DNA from: Gammaproteobacteria bacterium
GTDB lineage: Bacteria; Pseudomonadota; Gammaproteobacteria; JASBUN01
Reading direction: 5' to 3'
DNA: 64,000 bases
NCBI GenBank assembly: GCA_037385045.1
Contig: JARRNJ010000017.1
Span: forward strand, 1,797 to 65,796
Shown in pieces: positions 18,200 to 26,601 of the stretch; the first letter of the stretch is position 1, and each line of letters starts with the position of its first letter. Under the pieces are notes generated by a model, which ran no database searches, was not told the origin of the DNA, and saw only the letters and a program-made list of their open reading frames with translations. The position numbers were made by a program, and so were the translations under genes.

Positions 18200-19495
18200 A
18201 TGAAAGTCGAGTTGGCTGAAGCTTATCGGGATACGGAGCGCGGTCGAATGGCGCAGGAACTTCTGTCGCCCTGCGTTCAATGCGGCCAGTGCACATTCAG
18301 ATGTCCCACCTTCCGTCTTCTTGATGACGAGTGGGACGGACCGCGAGGCCGAATATTTCTGATCAAGCAGTTTCTCGAGGGCAGGGAGCCGACCCTGCAT
18401 TTGCTGCCACCCGCGTATACGTTGAAGACATTGCAGGGTCGGTCGCTAAGTGCCAATCTCCAGCTTCATCTCGACCGCTGCCTGACGTGCCGGTCCTGCG
18501 AAACCAGTTGTCCGGAAGGGGTGCGTTACGGCCGCCTGCTCGACATCGGCCGGGAGCTGGTGGAAAAAGTGGTGCACCGTCCGCTCAAGGAACGGATTGC
18601 GCGCCGTGTAGTGCGATCCGTTGTTTCGCACAGACGCAGGTTCACGGCCCTGTTGCGGACCGGCCAATTGCTGCGCAACCTCCTGCCCGGTGAGTTGCGC
18701 GCCAGGATTCCCGTCCGGCGCGGGGCGGGAGCATGGCCCGACGGCGCTCATACCAGGACCATGCTCGTATGGCAGGGGTGCGTCCAGCCGGCTCTGGCGC
18801 CCGATATCAATGCTGCGGCGGCGCGAGTGCTCGATCGCTTCGCGATTCGGCTCACGCCGGCGGCAGGCGGCTGCTGTGGCGCCATCAGCCAGCATATGGC
18901 GGCGGACCAGGAGGCGCACGCCATTATGCGCAAGACGATTGACGCGCTCTGGCCCGCGGTGGAGGGCGGTGTCGAAGCGATTGTAGTCACGGCGAGCGGG
19001 TGCGGCATGCATTTGCGCGATTACGGCCAACTGTTGGCTGACGACCCGCGCTACAGTGCGAAGGCGCGACGCATTTCCGCGTTGACCAAGGACATTGCCG
19101 AAGTGGTCGCCGAGGAATGGCGCGACGGCGTCGTTGGTGAACTCCCCGCGCCGCGGCGGCCGCACCGGATTGCCTTTCAATCCTCGTGCAGCCTGCAGCA
19201 CGGCGAGAAATTGAACGGCGTGGTGGAGAGGCTGCTGGAACGTGCCGGATTCAAATTGATGCCGGTTGCCTATCCGTTCATGTGCTGCGGCGCGGCCGGC
19301 ACATATTCAATCCTGCAGCGGGAACTGTCCTCCGGGTTGCGTGCGCGCAAGCTGGAGACATTGCTTCACGGCCGGCCGCGGATCATCGCCACGGCCAATA
19401 TCGGCTGCCTCGTTCATCTCGCGCAAGTTGCTCCCGTGCCCGTCCATCATTGGATCGAGCTGGTCGACGAAGCCTTCGCCGCCGCCGGCAGGTGA
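18200..19495 (+). CDS. glcF: glycolate oxidase iron-sulfur subunit GlcF-like (Fe-S)-binding protein
   Basis: Collinear with my recollection of E. coli GlcF: CVQCGQCTFRCPT, GPRGRIFLIKQ, LDRCLTCRSCETSCP, CCGA and ANIGC. Start at MKVELAE after a GGAG RBS. Confidence 0.88.
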   Translation: MKVELAEAYRDTERGRMAQELLSPCVQCGQCTFRCPTFRLLDDEWDGPRGRIFLIKQFLEGREPTLHLLPPAYTLKTLQGRSLSANLQLHLDRCLTCRSCETSCPEGVRYGRLLDIGRELVEKVVHRPLKERIARRVVRSVVSHRRRFTALLRTGQLLRNLLPGELRARIPVRRGAGAWPDGAHTRTMLVWQGCVQPALAPDINAAAARVLDRFAIRLTPAAGGCCGAISQHMAADQEAHAIMRKTIDALWPAVEGGVEAIVVTASGCGMHLRDYGQLLADDPRYSAKARRISALTKDIAEVVAEEWRDGVVGELPAPRRPHRIAFQSSCSLQHGEKLNGVVERLLERAGFKLMPVAYPFMCCGAAGTYSILQRELSSGLRARKLETLLHGRPRIIATANIGCLVHLAQVAPVPVHHWIELVDEAFAAAGR

Positions 19496-19685
19496 CGGCG
19501 CCCGGCGGCTCACACGCCTAACTCCGGCAGGATCCAGCCAACACTGTGCCGACAGCCATTCTCGCTCGTGGACCACAGCCGGTTCGGCTTTCGGGTTGGA
19601 GCCGGGGTGAGCACCTGCCGACGCAGGATCCGGTTTCCGAAAGATAGTCACCTCGTGCTTCGCGGTGTGAGAGCGGCAAACCAAT

Positions 19686-20633
19686 TCAGACGACGTAGTT
19701 CATGGTCTGTTGCGTGGATCTGTCCGTGGTCCATTCGGCTGCCATCGCCGCGAACGCCTGGCAGGCGGGGCTCTTGTAGGCGGTCTTGCGGCAGATCAGG
19801 CTCACCGCGTGGTGCGGCAGGTTCGGCAGCAAGGCAATCGAGCGCAGACCGTGCTGCGTGCGGGCAATGGTGCTCGGCAGTATAGTGGCGAGGCGCCCGA
19901 GGCGAACAATTTCGACAATCACGCTGAGTGAGGTGGCGTCAATCGCAACTGTGGGCTTGATGTCATGGTCGAGGCAATAAAGATCGATGTGGCGCCGCAG
20001 TGCGTAGTCGGTGTTGAACAGCACCAACGGTTCCTCCTCCAAGGCGTGTTTGTTCAACGGACCCTGGTGGTCGGCGAGTGGATGCTCGGCGCCGACGGTA
20101 AAGCTGAGCGGTTCAATGAACAGGATTTCGCTTTCCACTTCTTCGGAACTGCTCTCCGTTGAGACCGTGCTGCTGAAGGCGATGCCCAGATCGATTCGGT
20201 CCTCAACCAGTGCGCTCCTGATGCCGTCCTGGGGCATTTCCAACGTTGTCACGGTAATACCGGGATACCGCGAGTTGAATCTGTCCAGCAAAGACATCGT
20301 CAGATAGTCGGTGATCGGTGTCATCGCAAGCCGGATGGAACCGCGGCTCAGGTCGTTGAGTTCGTGCACGGCGCGTTTTGCGGCATCCAATTCGCCCAGG
20401 GCGCGACGCGCGTGGTACAGGTAGACCTCACCCGCTGCCGTCAGTCGCACCGTGCGTCCGGACCGGTCGAGCAACTGTACGTCCAGCAGCTCTTCCAATT
20501 GTTTTATTTGCTGCGAGAGCGTTGGCTGAGATACGTAAAGCGCTTCCGCTGCGCGCGTAAAGCTATGGCGTTCCGCGACCGCAAGCAAGTAACGGATCGA
20601 GCGGGGGAAGAGCGCTTTCGGTTCCATAGACAA
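19686..20633 (-). CDS. LysR-family transcriptional regulator (CynR-like by position)
   Basis: wHTH motif FTRAAEALYVSQPTLSQQIKQLE. Divergent from cynS. Confidence 0.92.
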   Translation of the reverse strand: MSMEPKALFPRSIRYLLAVAERHSFTRAAEALYVSQPTLSQQIKQLEELLDVQLLDRSGRTVRLTAAGEVYLYHARRALGELDAAKRAVHELNDLSRGSIRLAMTPITDYLTMSLLDRFNSRYPGITVTTLEMPQDGIRSALVEDRIDLGIAFSSTVSTESSSEEVESEILFIEPLSFTVGAEHPLADHQGPLNKHALEEEPLVLFNTDYALRRHIDLYCLDHDIKPTVAIDATSLSVIVEIVRLGRLATILPSTIARTQHGLRSIALLPNLPHHAVSLICRKTAYKSPACQAFAAMAAEWTTDRSTQQTMNYVV

Positions 20634-20800
20634 CTCCTATAGCGCGCATCGGTAATTAGTCTTGGAAAACGATATTTGCATAGTCCATAGTCGTCCGCAA
20701 TAGAAACTCATGACGGTATTGGCAAACGTAAATACATAGTCCCGGCCAGAACGAGAACAACAGAAATCAAGTATGTATGAATATTCGAATTTACTTCGAG
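20634..20800. promoter_or_regulatory. AT-rich divergent promoter/operator region between the LysR gene and the cynS leader
   Basis: Clear GC drop with TTGCAT and TATGAATATT-type hexamers. No site could be assigned with confidence. Confidence 0.4.
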
Positions 20801-21032
20801 CGGTGACCAGCTCGGGCTGGTGGCGCGCTGTTGCCGCACGCAAGGGTGCGGGACGGCGTGTGGCACCGCGCGTTGCGCCGTCCCGGATCTTCATTGCGGT
20901 GACCGCGCTGCTGACTTGCGGGTTTGCCCGTGGCGCGGGGGAACGGCTGCGACGCGTCCAGGGCAGGAGAGTATTTCGTGCGCGCTTCTGTCTACCGACG
21001 GCCTTGTCGGTGACGGGGCTTTCTCCGAGTGT
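20800..21032 (+). promoter_or_regulatory. GC-rich structured leader (candidate cis-regulatory RNA or sRNA) upstream of cynS
   Basis: Consecutive perfect stems: accagc/gctggt (20806-20821), ccgcac/gtgcgg (20834-20851) and gggacggcg/cgccgtccc (20850-20884). Followed by the terminator at 21033. The overlapping ORF has poor third-position GC. Confidence 0.35.
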
Positions 21033-21084
21033 GAGCCGGAGGCTTCTCTGTTGCTGAGAGAAGCCCACCCGGCTCTCTTTTTTT
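21033..21084 (+). terminator. intrinsic terminator (long hairpin plus U-tract) 80 nt upstream of the cynS start
   Basis: GAGCCGG-A-GGCTTCTCT gttgctg AGAGAAGCC-CA-CCGGCTC, followed by TCTTTTTTTC. Read directly. Confidence 0.75.
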
Positions 21085-21163
21085 CGGGTCCTGCGGGCTG
21101 TAGAGCGGACCTGAACGCACACGGTCGTATTTTGACTTGATCAACACGCAAGGAGCGTGCCCG

Positions 21164-21604
21164 ATGAATAAAGCGGACATGAAAGAAGCCATTCTTCAGG
21201 CCAAATCTGAAAAGAATCTGAGCTGGGAGGCGCTGGCGGAAGTTGCGGGTGTGGCGCCGGAATACCTGTGTTCGGCTTGTTTTGGAATGAATCATCTTGA
21301 GCAGCGGCACGCCGATGCGCTCGCCAAAGTGTTGGGCCTGGGCGGTGAAGTAGCGACTGCGCTGCAGCAATTTCCGCATAAGACGTGGAGCCAGACGGTT
21401 CCAACCGACCCTGTGATTTACCGTTTGTACGAAATCATGGGCGTCTATGGCGAGACCATCAAGGCGCTGATTCATGAGAAGTTCGGCGACGGCATCATGA
21501 GCGCCATTGATTTCAGCATGGCCGTCGCCAAGCAGGAAGACCCGAAGGGCGATCGGGTCGTGGTAACCATGAGCGGCAAGTTCCTGCCCTACAGGTCGTG
21601 GTAG
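21164..21604 (+). CDS. cynS: cyanate hydratase (cyanase)
   Basis: 146 aa. N-terminal HTH-like half (KEAILQAKSEKNLSWEALAE) and C-terminal cyanase signature ...GDGIMSAIDFSM...VVVTMSGKFLPY. AAGGAG RBS. Confidence 0.95.
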   Translation: MNKADMKEAILQAKSEKNLSWEALAEVAGVAPEYLCSACFGMNHLEQRHADALAKVLGLGGEVATALQQFPHKTWSQTVPTDPVIYRLYEIMGVYGETIKALIHEKFGDGIMSAIDFSMAVAKQEDPKGDRVVVTMSGKFLPYRSW

Positions 21605-21784
21605 CGCGATTGATGCGCGGCGCGGTTGGGCCCATCGCAGGCTTGGGGCGGGTTTGGCGGTGAGAGCAACGCGATGTCGATCGACCTGTCTTTTCATGCG
21701 TCAACCAACTGCGACGGATGGTCAGTCGGCTCGTCGACCGCGAAGCCCAAACCCTATTTTCAAACGTGACATGTAAGGTGAAGC

Positions 21785-22606
21785 ATGGTGGCTTCGGATC
21801 CTCATCGTTTCGTTAATCAACTTGACCAGGCGGCCCTGGAAGGGTTGATAGGCCGGCTGGAGGGCCGTGCCCAGGATGCCGTGTTTGCGAGGCTGTTGGA
21901 ACGATATGCGGGTCAGTTGCCATTGGACCGCTCGGCGCAGGTGCTGGAGGTTGGCTGCGGAACCGGCGCGACCCTGCGCGCCCTGGCGCGCCGGAATGAC
22001 TTCGTCGGCAAGGCGGTGGGGGTGGACCAGTGTCTTCCGTTCATAAACGCAGCCAACGCGTTTGCGCAAGCCGAGAATATCGACGACCGGATTACTTTCC
22101 TTGTCGGTGATGCCCACAACCTGGATTTTCCCGGCGGGAGTTTCGACGTGGTCATCGCCCATACCGTGATCAGTCATGTCACCGACCCGATGACGATGCT
22201 GAGCGAAATGGCGCGGGTCGTGCGGCCCGGCGGCACCGTTGTTATCCTGGATGGCGACTATGCTTCGTTGACCTACGCCTTTCCCGACCACAGCTTTGGT
22301 CACCAAATGGACGCCGCCCTCGCGACCGCCAGCTTCAACAATCCGCGAATTATGCGCGACCTGCCCCGGCTGTTGCCACAGTTTGGGCTGCGTCCCGAGC
22401 AAGCGTGGGGCGACGCCGTTGTGGAGATTGGTGCGAGCAGCTATTTCAAGTCATTTGCTGAAACCTACGCCCCATACGTTAAGAGAGCGGGCCTCCTGCC
22501 GGCGCAGGCGGTCGACGTTTGGCTGAAAGAACAGCTGCAGGCCATGGAGGACGGGACGTTTTTCGCCGCGTGTAACTACTATACGTACCTGTCATGTCCG
22601 CGCTAA
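21785..22606 (+). CDS. class I SAM-dependent methyltransferase
   Basis: Motif I VLEVGCGTGA, plus an acidic-loop/post-I pattern and FDVVIAHTVISHV. Confidence 0.88.
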   Translation: MVASDPHRFVNQLDQAALEGLIGRLEGRAQDAVFARLLERYAGQLPLDRSAQVLEVGCGTGATLRALARRNDFVGKAVGVDQCLPFINAANAFAQAENIDDRITFLVGDAHNLDFPGGSFDVVIAHTVISHVTDPMTMLSEMARVVRPGGTVVILDGDYASLTYAFPDHSFGHQMDAALATASFNNPRIMRDLPRLLPQFGLRPEQAWGDAVVEIGASSYFKSFAETYAPYVKRAGLLPAQAVDVWLKEQLQAMEDGTFFAACNYYTYLSCPR

Positions 22607-22740
22607 GGCGTTTCGGCGCATCCGGCGGCGCAGACGCTGACGGGTGCCGGACCCGTTTGCGTGACGCCGTGAGCGATAATCGCCGCCTATGGCGGCCATT
22701 GGAATTACATCTTGGATAATCAGGGGAATTTTGCCTAGAT

Positions 22741-23026
22741 TGGTGACACGTCCCACGTGCGGTTTCCCTGGTCCCGATCCTGCGGCATGGGCGTTCAAAC
22801 AACAAGGCCGCCGGCGACACCGCAGTGGGGCAGCACCGAGCGTGACACAGCGCCCGGACTGGCCAGAGCCGGTGGCGCTGAAGTGCAAATTGCCGCGGCC
22901 CGGCTCCAAACATAGTTCGGTACTTCGCGCAACGGCTGCACGGTGATCGGAGCCCGTATCGTGGTCGCCCAGCGGTACGCCGCACCTATCGGGCTTGTGA
23001 ACGCAATTGATGAGGTACAGATTGCG
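22741..23026 (+). pseudogene. scnB: frame-broken remnant of thiocyanate hydrolase beta subunit (scnB-like)
   Basis: Pieces in two frames resemble my recollection of T. thioparus ScnB. AAWAFKQQGRRRHR matches LAWRGVWTAEERRRKQN; GARIVVAQRYAAPIGLVNAIDEV matches AARILVDKQFVTLTELHNKIVEM. A TAG at 22913 separates them, and the total length is far short of about 157 aa. Confidence 0.4.
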
Positions 23027-23395
23027 ATGACTAACCATCAAGACGATGTCATACAAGACGCAAAAATGGCGATGAACACGGGTCGTGTGAACCACCCGCA
23101 CGGGCAGATCGGCGAGGCGAGGTTCAAGCAGGGTGATCACGTCCGAATCAGGGATTTGCGCGATGTCTTCCATTCGCGGGCGTTGGCCTACAAACCAGGC
23201 ACCGTCGGTACGGTGGCGGATGTGAAGCGAGAATCCGCCGCGGGAGCCGCCGCGGCGGCGCGGGGCGACGCACAAGTGGAGTGGTACTACAGCGTGATAT
23301 TCAAACAAAGGGATCTTTGGCCAGATGATGGCGACACGGGCAGGGATGACACCCTGGAGACCGAGCTTCCAGAGCGCTATCTCGAAGAGATGTAA
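23027..23395 (+). CDS. scnA: thiocyanate hydrolase alpha subunit-like (nitrile hydratase beta C-terminal-domain homologue)
   Basis: 122 aa from MTNHQDD. FKQGDHVRIRDL...VEWYYSVIFKQRDLWPDD...DTLETELPERYLEEM closely parallels remembered ScnA (...VEWFYSIVFAQKDLWPEY...DTLETEIPERYLE). Confidence 0.8.
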   Translation: MTNHQDDVIQDAKMAMNTGRVNHPHGQIGEARFKQGDHVRIRDLRDVFHSRALAYKPGTVGTVADVKRESAAGAAAAARGDAQVEWYYSVIFKQRDLWPDDGDTGRDDTLETELPERYLEEM

Positions 23396-23435
23396 TGCCG
23401 CTGACCGGCGTCGTGGCACGCGAGAGGAAATCGCG

Positions 23436-23786
23436 ATGTCAGAAAACCGGCATGAGCGGGCGCCGATGGTGGGTGAGGTCAGTGACCTTGAAGTTCGGGA
23501 GATGGCGGTGCGCTTTGTGGCGAAGGCCAGGCTGGATCCGGAGTTCGGTTTGCAGCTCCCTGCGGAGGTGGGGATACGGGTTGCGGACTCCAACCAGAAG
23601 ACCCGCTACATGGCGACGCCGGTGCGTCCCGAAGGTACGGAAGAGTAGACCGAGGACCAACTGGCGGTAATCGCAACCGGCGGCTGCCTGATCGGGGTCG
23701 CGGTGCCCAAGCCCGGTGTTACGTCCAACACCCGGCGGCCGGTGCGTAAAGCGATTCCTCCGGTGCAGCACGGCCACGGTCATTGA
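23436..23786 (+). pseudogene. scnC: thiocyanate hydrolase gamma (catalytic, NHase-alpha-like) subunit, internally deleted with an in-frame TAG
   Basis: The N-terminus APMVGEVSDLEVREMAVR joins directly to FVAKARLDPE, then to FGLQLPAEVGIRVADSNQKTRYMATPVRPEGTEE. A TAG follows at 23646-23648. The same frame then continues TEDQLAVIATGGCLIGVAVPKPGV... to a TGA at 23784-23786. There is no C(T/S)LCSC metal claw anywhere. Confidence 0.75.
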
Positions 23787-23812
23787 GCATGTCAGCTTGC
23801 GAGGAGTAAGCC

Positions 23813-24238
23813 ATGAGCAAATCGAAGATACTGGACAACAACGTCGACGACGATTGGCAGCCGGCGGACGTGAGGCCGATTGGCGTGCTTGAGGATGTAC
23901 GCACTCGCGGACGGACGTGGGAGGAGTTGGCTACGCAGTACGGCGTCACCAATCCCGATCCGCCGTGGCGTATCACATTGGATGCGACCTGCGATATGCT
24001 TGCGGCGGATTCGTGCGTCAAGCCCCATGAGGAGCGCGACGCGCAGGCGTGCGTTGTGCCGGTGCTCGAACGGCGGGCGGAGGAGGATGACCTGTCCGAG
24101 ACGATCTACGCCGACGTTCCTTTCCCGGAGCGGACGCTGCTGGCGCTGGCCCACTCTATGATTCGGCGCGGCCTGTTCGACGAGGAAGAACTGGCCCGCC
24201 GTATGGAAGACGTCAGCCACCGCTTGAACAGCGTCTGA
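23813..24238 (+). CDS. NHase-beta N-terminal-domain-like protein, probable SCNase/NHase activator (P15K/P14K-type)
   Basis: 141 aa. ADVPFPERTLLALAHSMIRRGLFDEEELARRMEDV parallels the WE..FA....L.WRG.W..EE.RR segment of ScnB/NHase beta. Size and position downstream of scnC fit an activator. Confidence 0.6.
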   Translation: MSKSKILDNNVDDDWQPADVRPIGVLEDVRTRGRTWEELATQYGVTNPDPPWRITLDATCDMLAADSCVKPHEERDAQACVVPVLERRAEEDDLSETIYADVPFPERTLLALAHSMIRRGLFDEEELARRMEDVSHRLNSV

Positions 24239-24633
24239 CAGGGGCGCGGCCCGCCCGGTACGGCATGCTGAACCGCCAGGGAAGGCGCGCGGCTACCCCC
24301 CGGCCGAGGTAGCGTAGATCCGAAATTGGTGCGCCGGCACGATACGCCAGCGCATTCCGACGCGCCTGCGGATTACCGGAATTTCCTCCCCGCCTGGCGA
24401 ACGAAGGTTCGCGGACCGGCCGTTCCGCCCGCCGGTGCGGTACGCCGCAACGGGGTCCAGTGCGCGCGGCTGCCTGTTTTGCAGCGCGTCTCGGCTCAAT
24501 CCCTCCGTCGGTTTCCGCCTGGCGCTGCGGCGCCAACGACTGTCGCGGTATTTACGTGCGTACGGTCCGGGCTCCAGGGGGGGCGGTGCCGCGGCGGACG
24601 TTGTCCCAGGCGGCCAGCCGATAGATGCAACAG

Positions 24634-25236
24634 TCAGGGCCGCCGATCCCGTCCGGCCGACGTGTCATTTGTCAGCCCGGCGCGGCCGAAGATCGAACCG
24701 AACACGTTGCTGCCGGTCAGCTGGTGTAACAACGCAAATCCGACATGACCAGCCCAGTAAACCCAAAGTGCGTCGGCGAAGAATTTGTGCGCCAGTACGT
24801 AGCGGGTGAAGGCAGCCGGGTCCTGTGGCGGCGCCGGCGGGCCCGAGGGAATCATGGCGTGGATGACCACGCCGGTGACGGCGCAGCCGCTGACGGCCAG
24901 GATGCCCAGGCCGTGCACGAAGCTCGACAATCCGGCCCGCCGCCCGGGGGGCGGCAGCCGGCGGCGCCACAGTCCAAGCACCTCGCTGGCGATTGCGCGA
25001 AAAGCGGCGCGATTCCAGGGAAACAGCAGTGCCAGGTCGTAGGCCGCGTAACTGTATAACCAGAACAGCAGCAGTACCAAACCAGTCACCAGGCCGATGT
25101 AGCGGTGGGGCGGGAAAAGAAACTGGGTACCCGGGTCGGACATGAACAGACCGGTGGCCTGCTGAAAGGTGATGGTCAGCACAATAGCCCAGTGCAGCAG
25201 CCGGCTCGCGGCGCTCCAGGTGGTTGTTTCCGTCAC
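24634..25236 (-). CDS. cytochrome b561-family membrane protein
   Basis: GTG start 5 nt after an AAGGAG RBS. SRLLHWAIVLTITFQQATG, 4 TM helices, conserved His pairs (HW.., HRY.., HGLG.., HVGFALLH). Confidence 0.8.
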   Translation of the reverse strand: MTETTTWSAASRLLHWAIVLTITFQQATGLFMSDPGTQFLFPPHRYIGLVTGLVLLLFWLYSYAAYDLALLFPWNRAAFRAIASEVLGLWRRRLPPPGRRAGLSSFVHGLGILAVSGCAVTGVVIHAMIPSGPPAPPQDPAAFTRYVLAHKFFADALWVYWAGHVGFALLHQLTGSNVFGSIFGRAGLTNDTSAGRDRRP

Positions 25237-25464
25237 GACGACTCCTTTGCGGGTGCCTGCAACAGGCGCTTGGGTAGCGCCCAAAGACCCTAATCCGGAA
25301 ACCTGCGCGGTCCAGTATCCACGGGCGCTGGGGAGCCAGCGATGACATCGATCAAATCTCCGGGTCGAAACCACCTGCTCGGCCGTTGGCACGGGGGCGC
25401 CCCGGTGCCCGCCGAGATGGTTTAGAATGGCGTCTCCGTGCAGTGAATCGGAGATTGGTTTCCC

Positions 25465-26595
25465 ATGTCCAGACGCATCACCGTAGTCGGCGCCGGCTTT
25501 GCCGCCCTTACCGCCGTGCGCACCCTGCGCGCCGGCAACCGGAACGTAGAGATCACCGTCGTCGCACCCAAGGCGGAATTGGTCTATCTCCCGAGCCTGA
25601 TCTGGATTCCGTCCGGGTTGCGGCAACCCGAAGAGCTGCGGATTCCTCTCGAGGCGTTCTTCCGGCGCACAAAGGTGCAATTCCACGCGGGTGAGGCCAC
25701 CGGCCTGTCCGGCGACAGCCGGACGCTGTTCACTACTGCGGGCGAGTTGGTCAACGACGGTCTGGTAATCGCCTCCGGCGGACGCTTCATCAAGAAGCTA
25801 CCCGGCATCGAGCACGCGATCACTCCGTGCGAAGGCATCGATGCGGCGGTGGCCATTCGCGACCGGCTGCAGGCCATGGAAGGCGGCACCATTGCCGTGG
25901 GCTTCGGCACCAACCCTAATGAGCCGGCAGCCATGCGCGGCGGCCCGATGTTCGAGTTCCTGTTCGGCATCGATACCCTCCTGCGCCGACAGCGCCGGCG
26001 CGAACGCTTCAAGCTGGTGTTCTTCAACGCGGCTGCGGAGCCGGGCAAACGCCTCGGCGAAAAGGCGGTGAAGGGGCTGCTGGGTGCCATGGCCGCCCGC
26101 GGCATCGAGACTCACCTGGGCCACAAGATCAGTGGTTTTGCGCCGGGCACGGTTATCACCGAGGGCGGCGAGATACCCGCCGAGTTGATCCTGTTCATGC
26201 CGGGGTTGACGGGCAACGCCTGGTTTGACAACACCAGCCTCGCCCGTTCCGAGGGCGGTATGCTCAAGGCCGATGCGATGTGCAGGGTGGGCGGAGCCGA
26301 GCGCGTCTATGTGGCGGGCGATTCCGGCAGCTTTCCCGGGCCCGGCTGGATGCCGAAGCAGGCGCACATGGCGGACCTGCAGGCCGAAGCGGCGGCGCGC
26401 AATCTGCTGGCCGAACTCGCCGGGCGCGAGCCCGAGCATACCTACAATGTCGAACTCATGTGTATCGTCGACAGTCTGGACAAGGGCATGCTGGTTACCC
26501 GGACCGAGCGCACGAACCGCATGATCCGTCCGCTGTCCGCATTGCACTGGACCAAGCGCGCCTTTGAGTGGAACTACCTGCGCAAGTACCGCTAG
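25465..26595 (+). CDS. FAD-dependent pyridine-nucleotide-disulfide oxidoreductase, sulfide:quinone oxidoreductase (SQR)-like
   Basis: Dinucleotide fold ITVVGAGFAALTA. SQR-like layout: LPSLIWIPSG, GGPMFEF, YVAGDSG, PKQAHMADLQA. Confidence 0.85.
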   Translation: MSRRITVVGAGFAALTAVRTLRAGNRNVEITVVAPKAELVYLPSLIWIPSGLRQPEELRIPLEAFFRRTKVQFHAGEATGLSGDSRTLFTTAGELVNDGLVIASGGRFIKKLPGIEHAITPCEGIDAAVAIRDRLQAMEGGTIAVGFGTNPNEPAAMRGGPMFEFLFGIDTLLRRQRRRERFKLVFFNAAAEPGKRLGEKAVKGLLGAMAARGIETHLGHKISGFAPGTVITEGGEIPAELILFMPGLTGNAWFDNTSLARSEGGMLKADAMCRVGGAERVYVAGDSGSFPGPGWMPKQAHMADLQAEAAARNLLAELAGREPEHTYNVELMCIVDSLDKGMLVTRTERTNRMIRPLSALHWTKRAFEWNYLRKYR

Positions 26596-26601
26596 CTGTG
26601 T

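Noticed and set aside
20773-21057. 94-aa ORF (MYEYSNLLRAV...) as a protein-coding gene in the cynS leader
   Set aside because: Third-position GC is clearly lower than in the real genes of this window. The translation is Arg-rich with no RBS, and its stop falls inside the terminator hairpin. It is treated as non-coding.
23436-23786. Reading the shortened scnC-like ORF as an NHLP-type RiPP precursor (NHase-alpha-like leader, ...VIATGG then a Cys-containing core CLIGVAVPKPGV...)
   Set aside because: The similarity is collinear with both ends of ScnC, not the contiguous NHLP region. An in-frame TAG separates the 'leader' from the 'core'. No cyclodehydratase, lanthionine synthetase or PCAT transporter genes are nearby. 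Decay of scnC is the simpler explanation.
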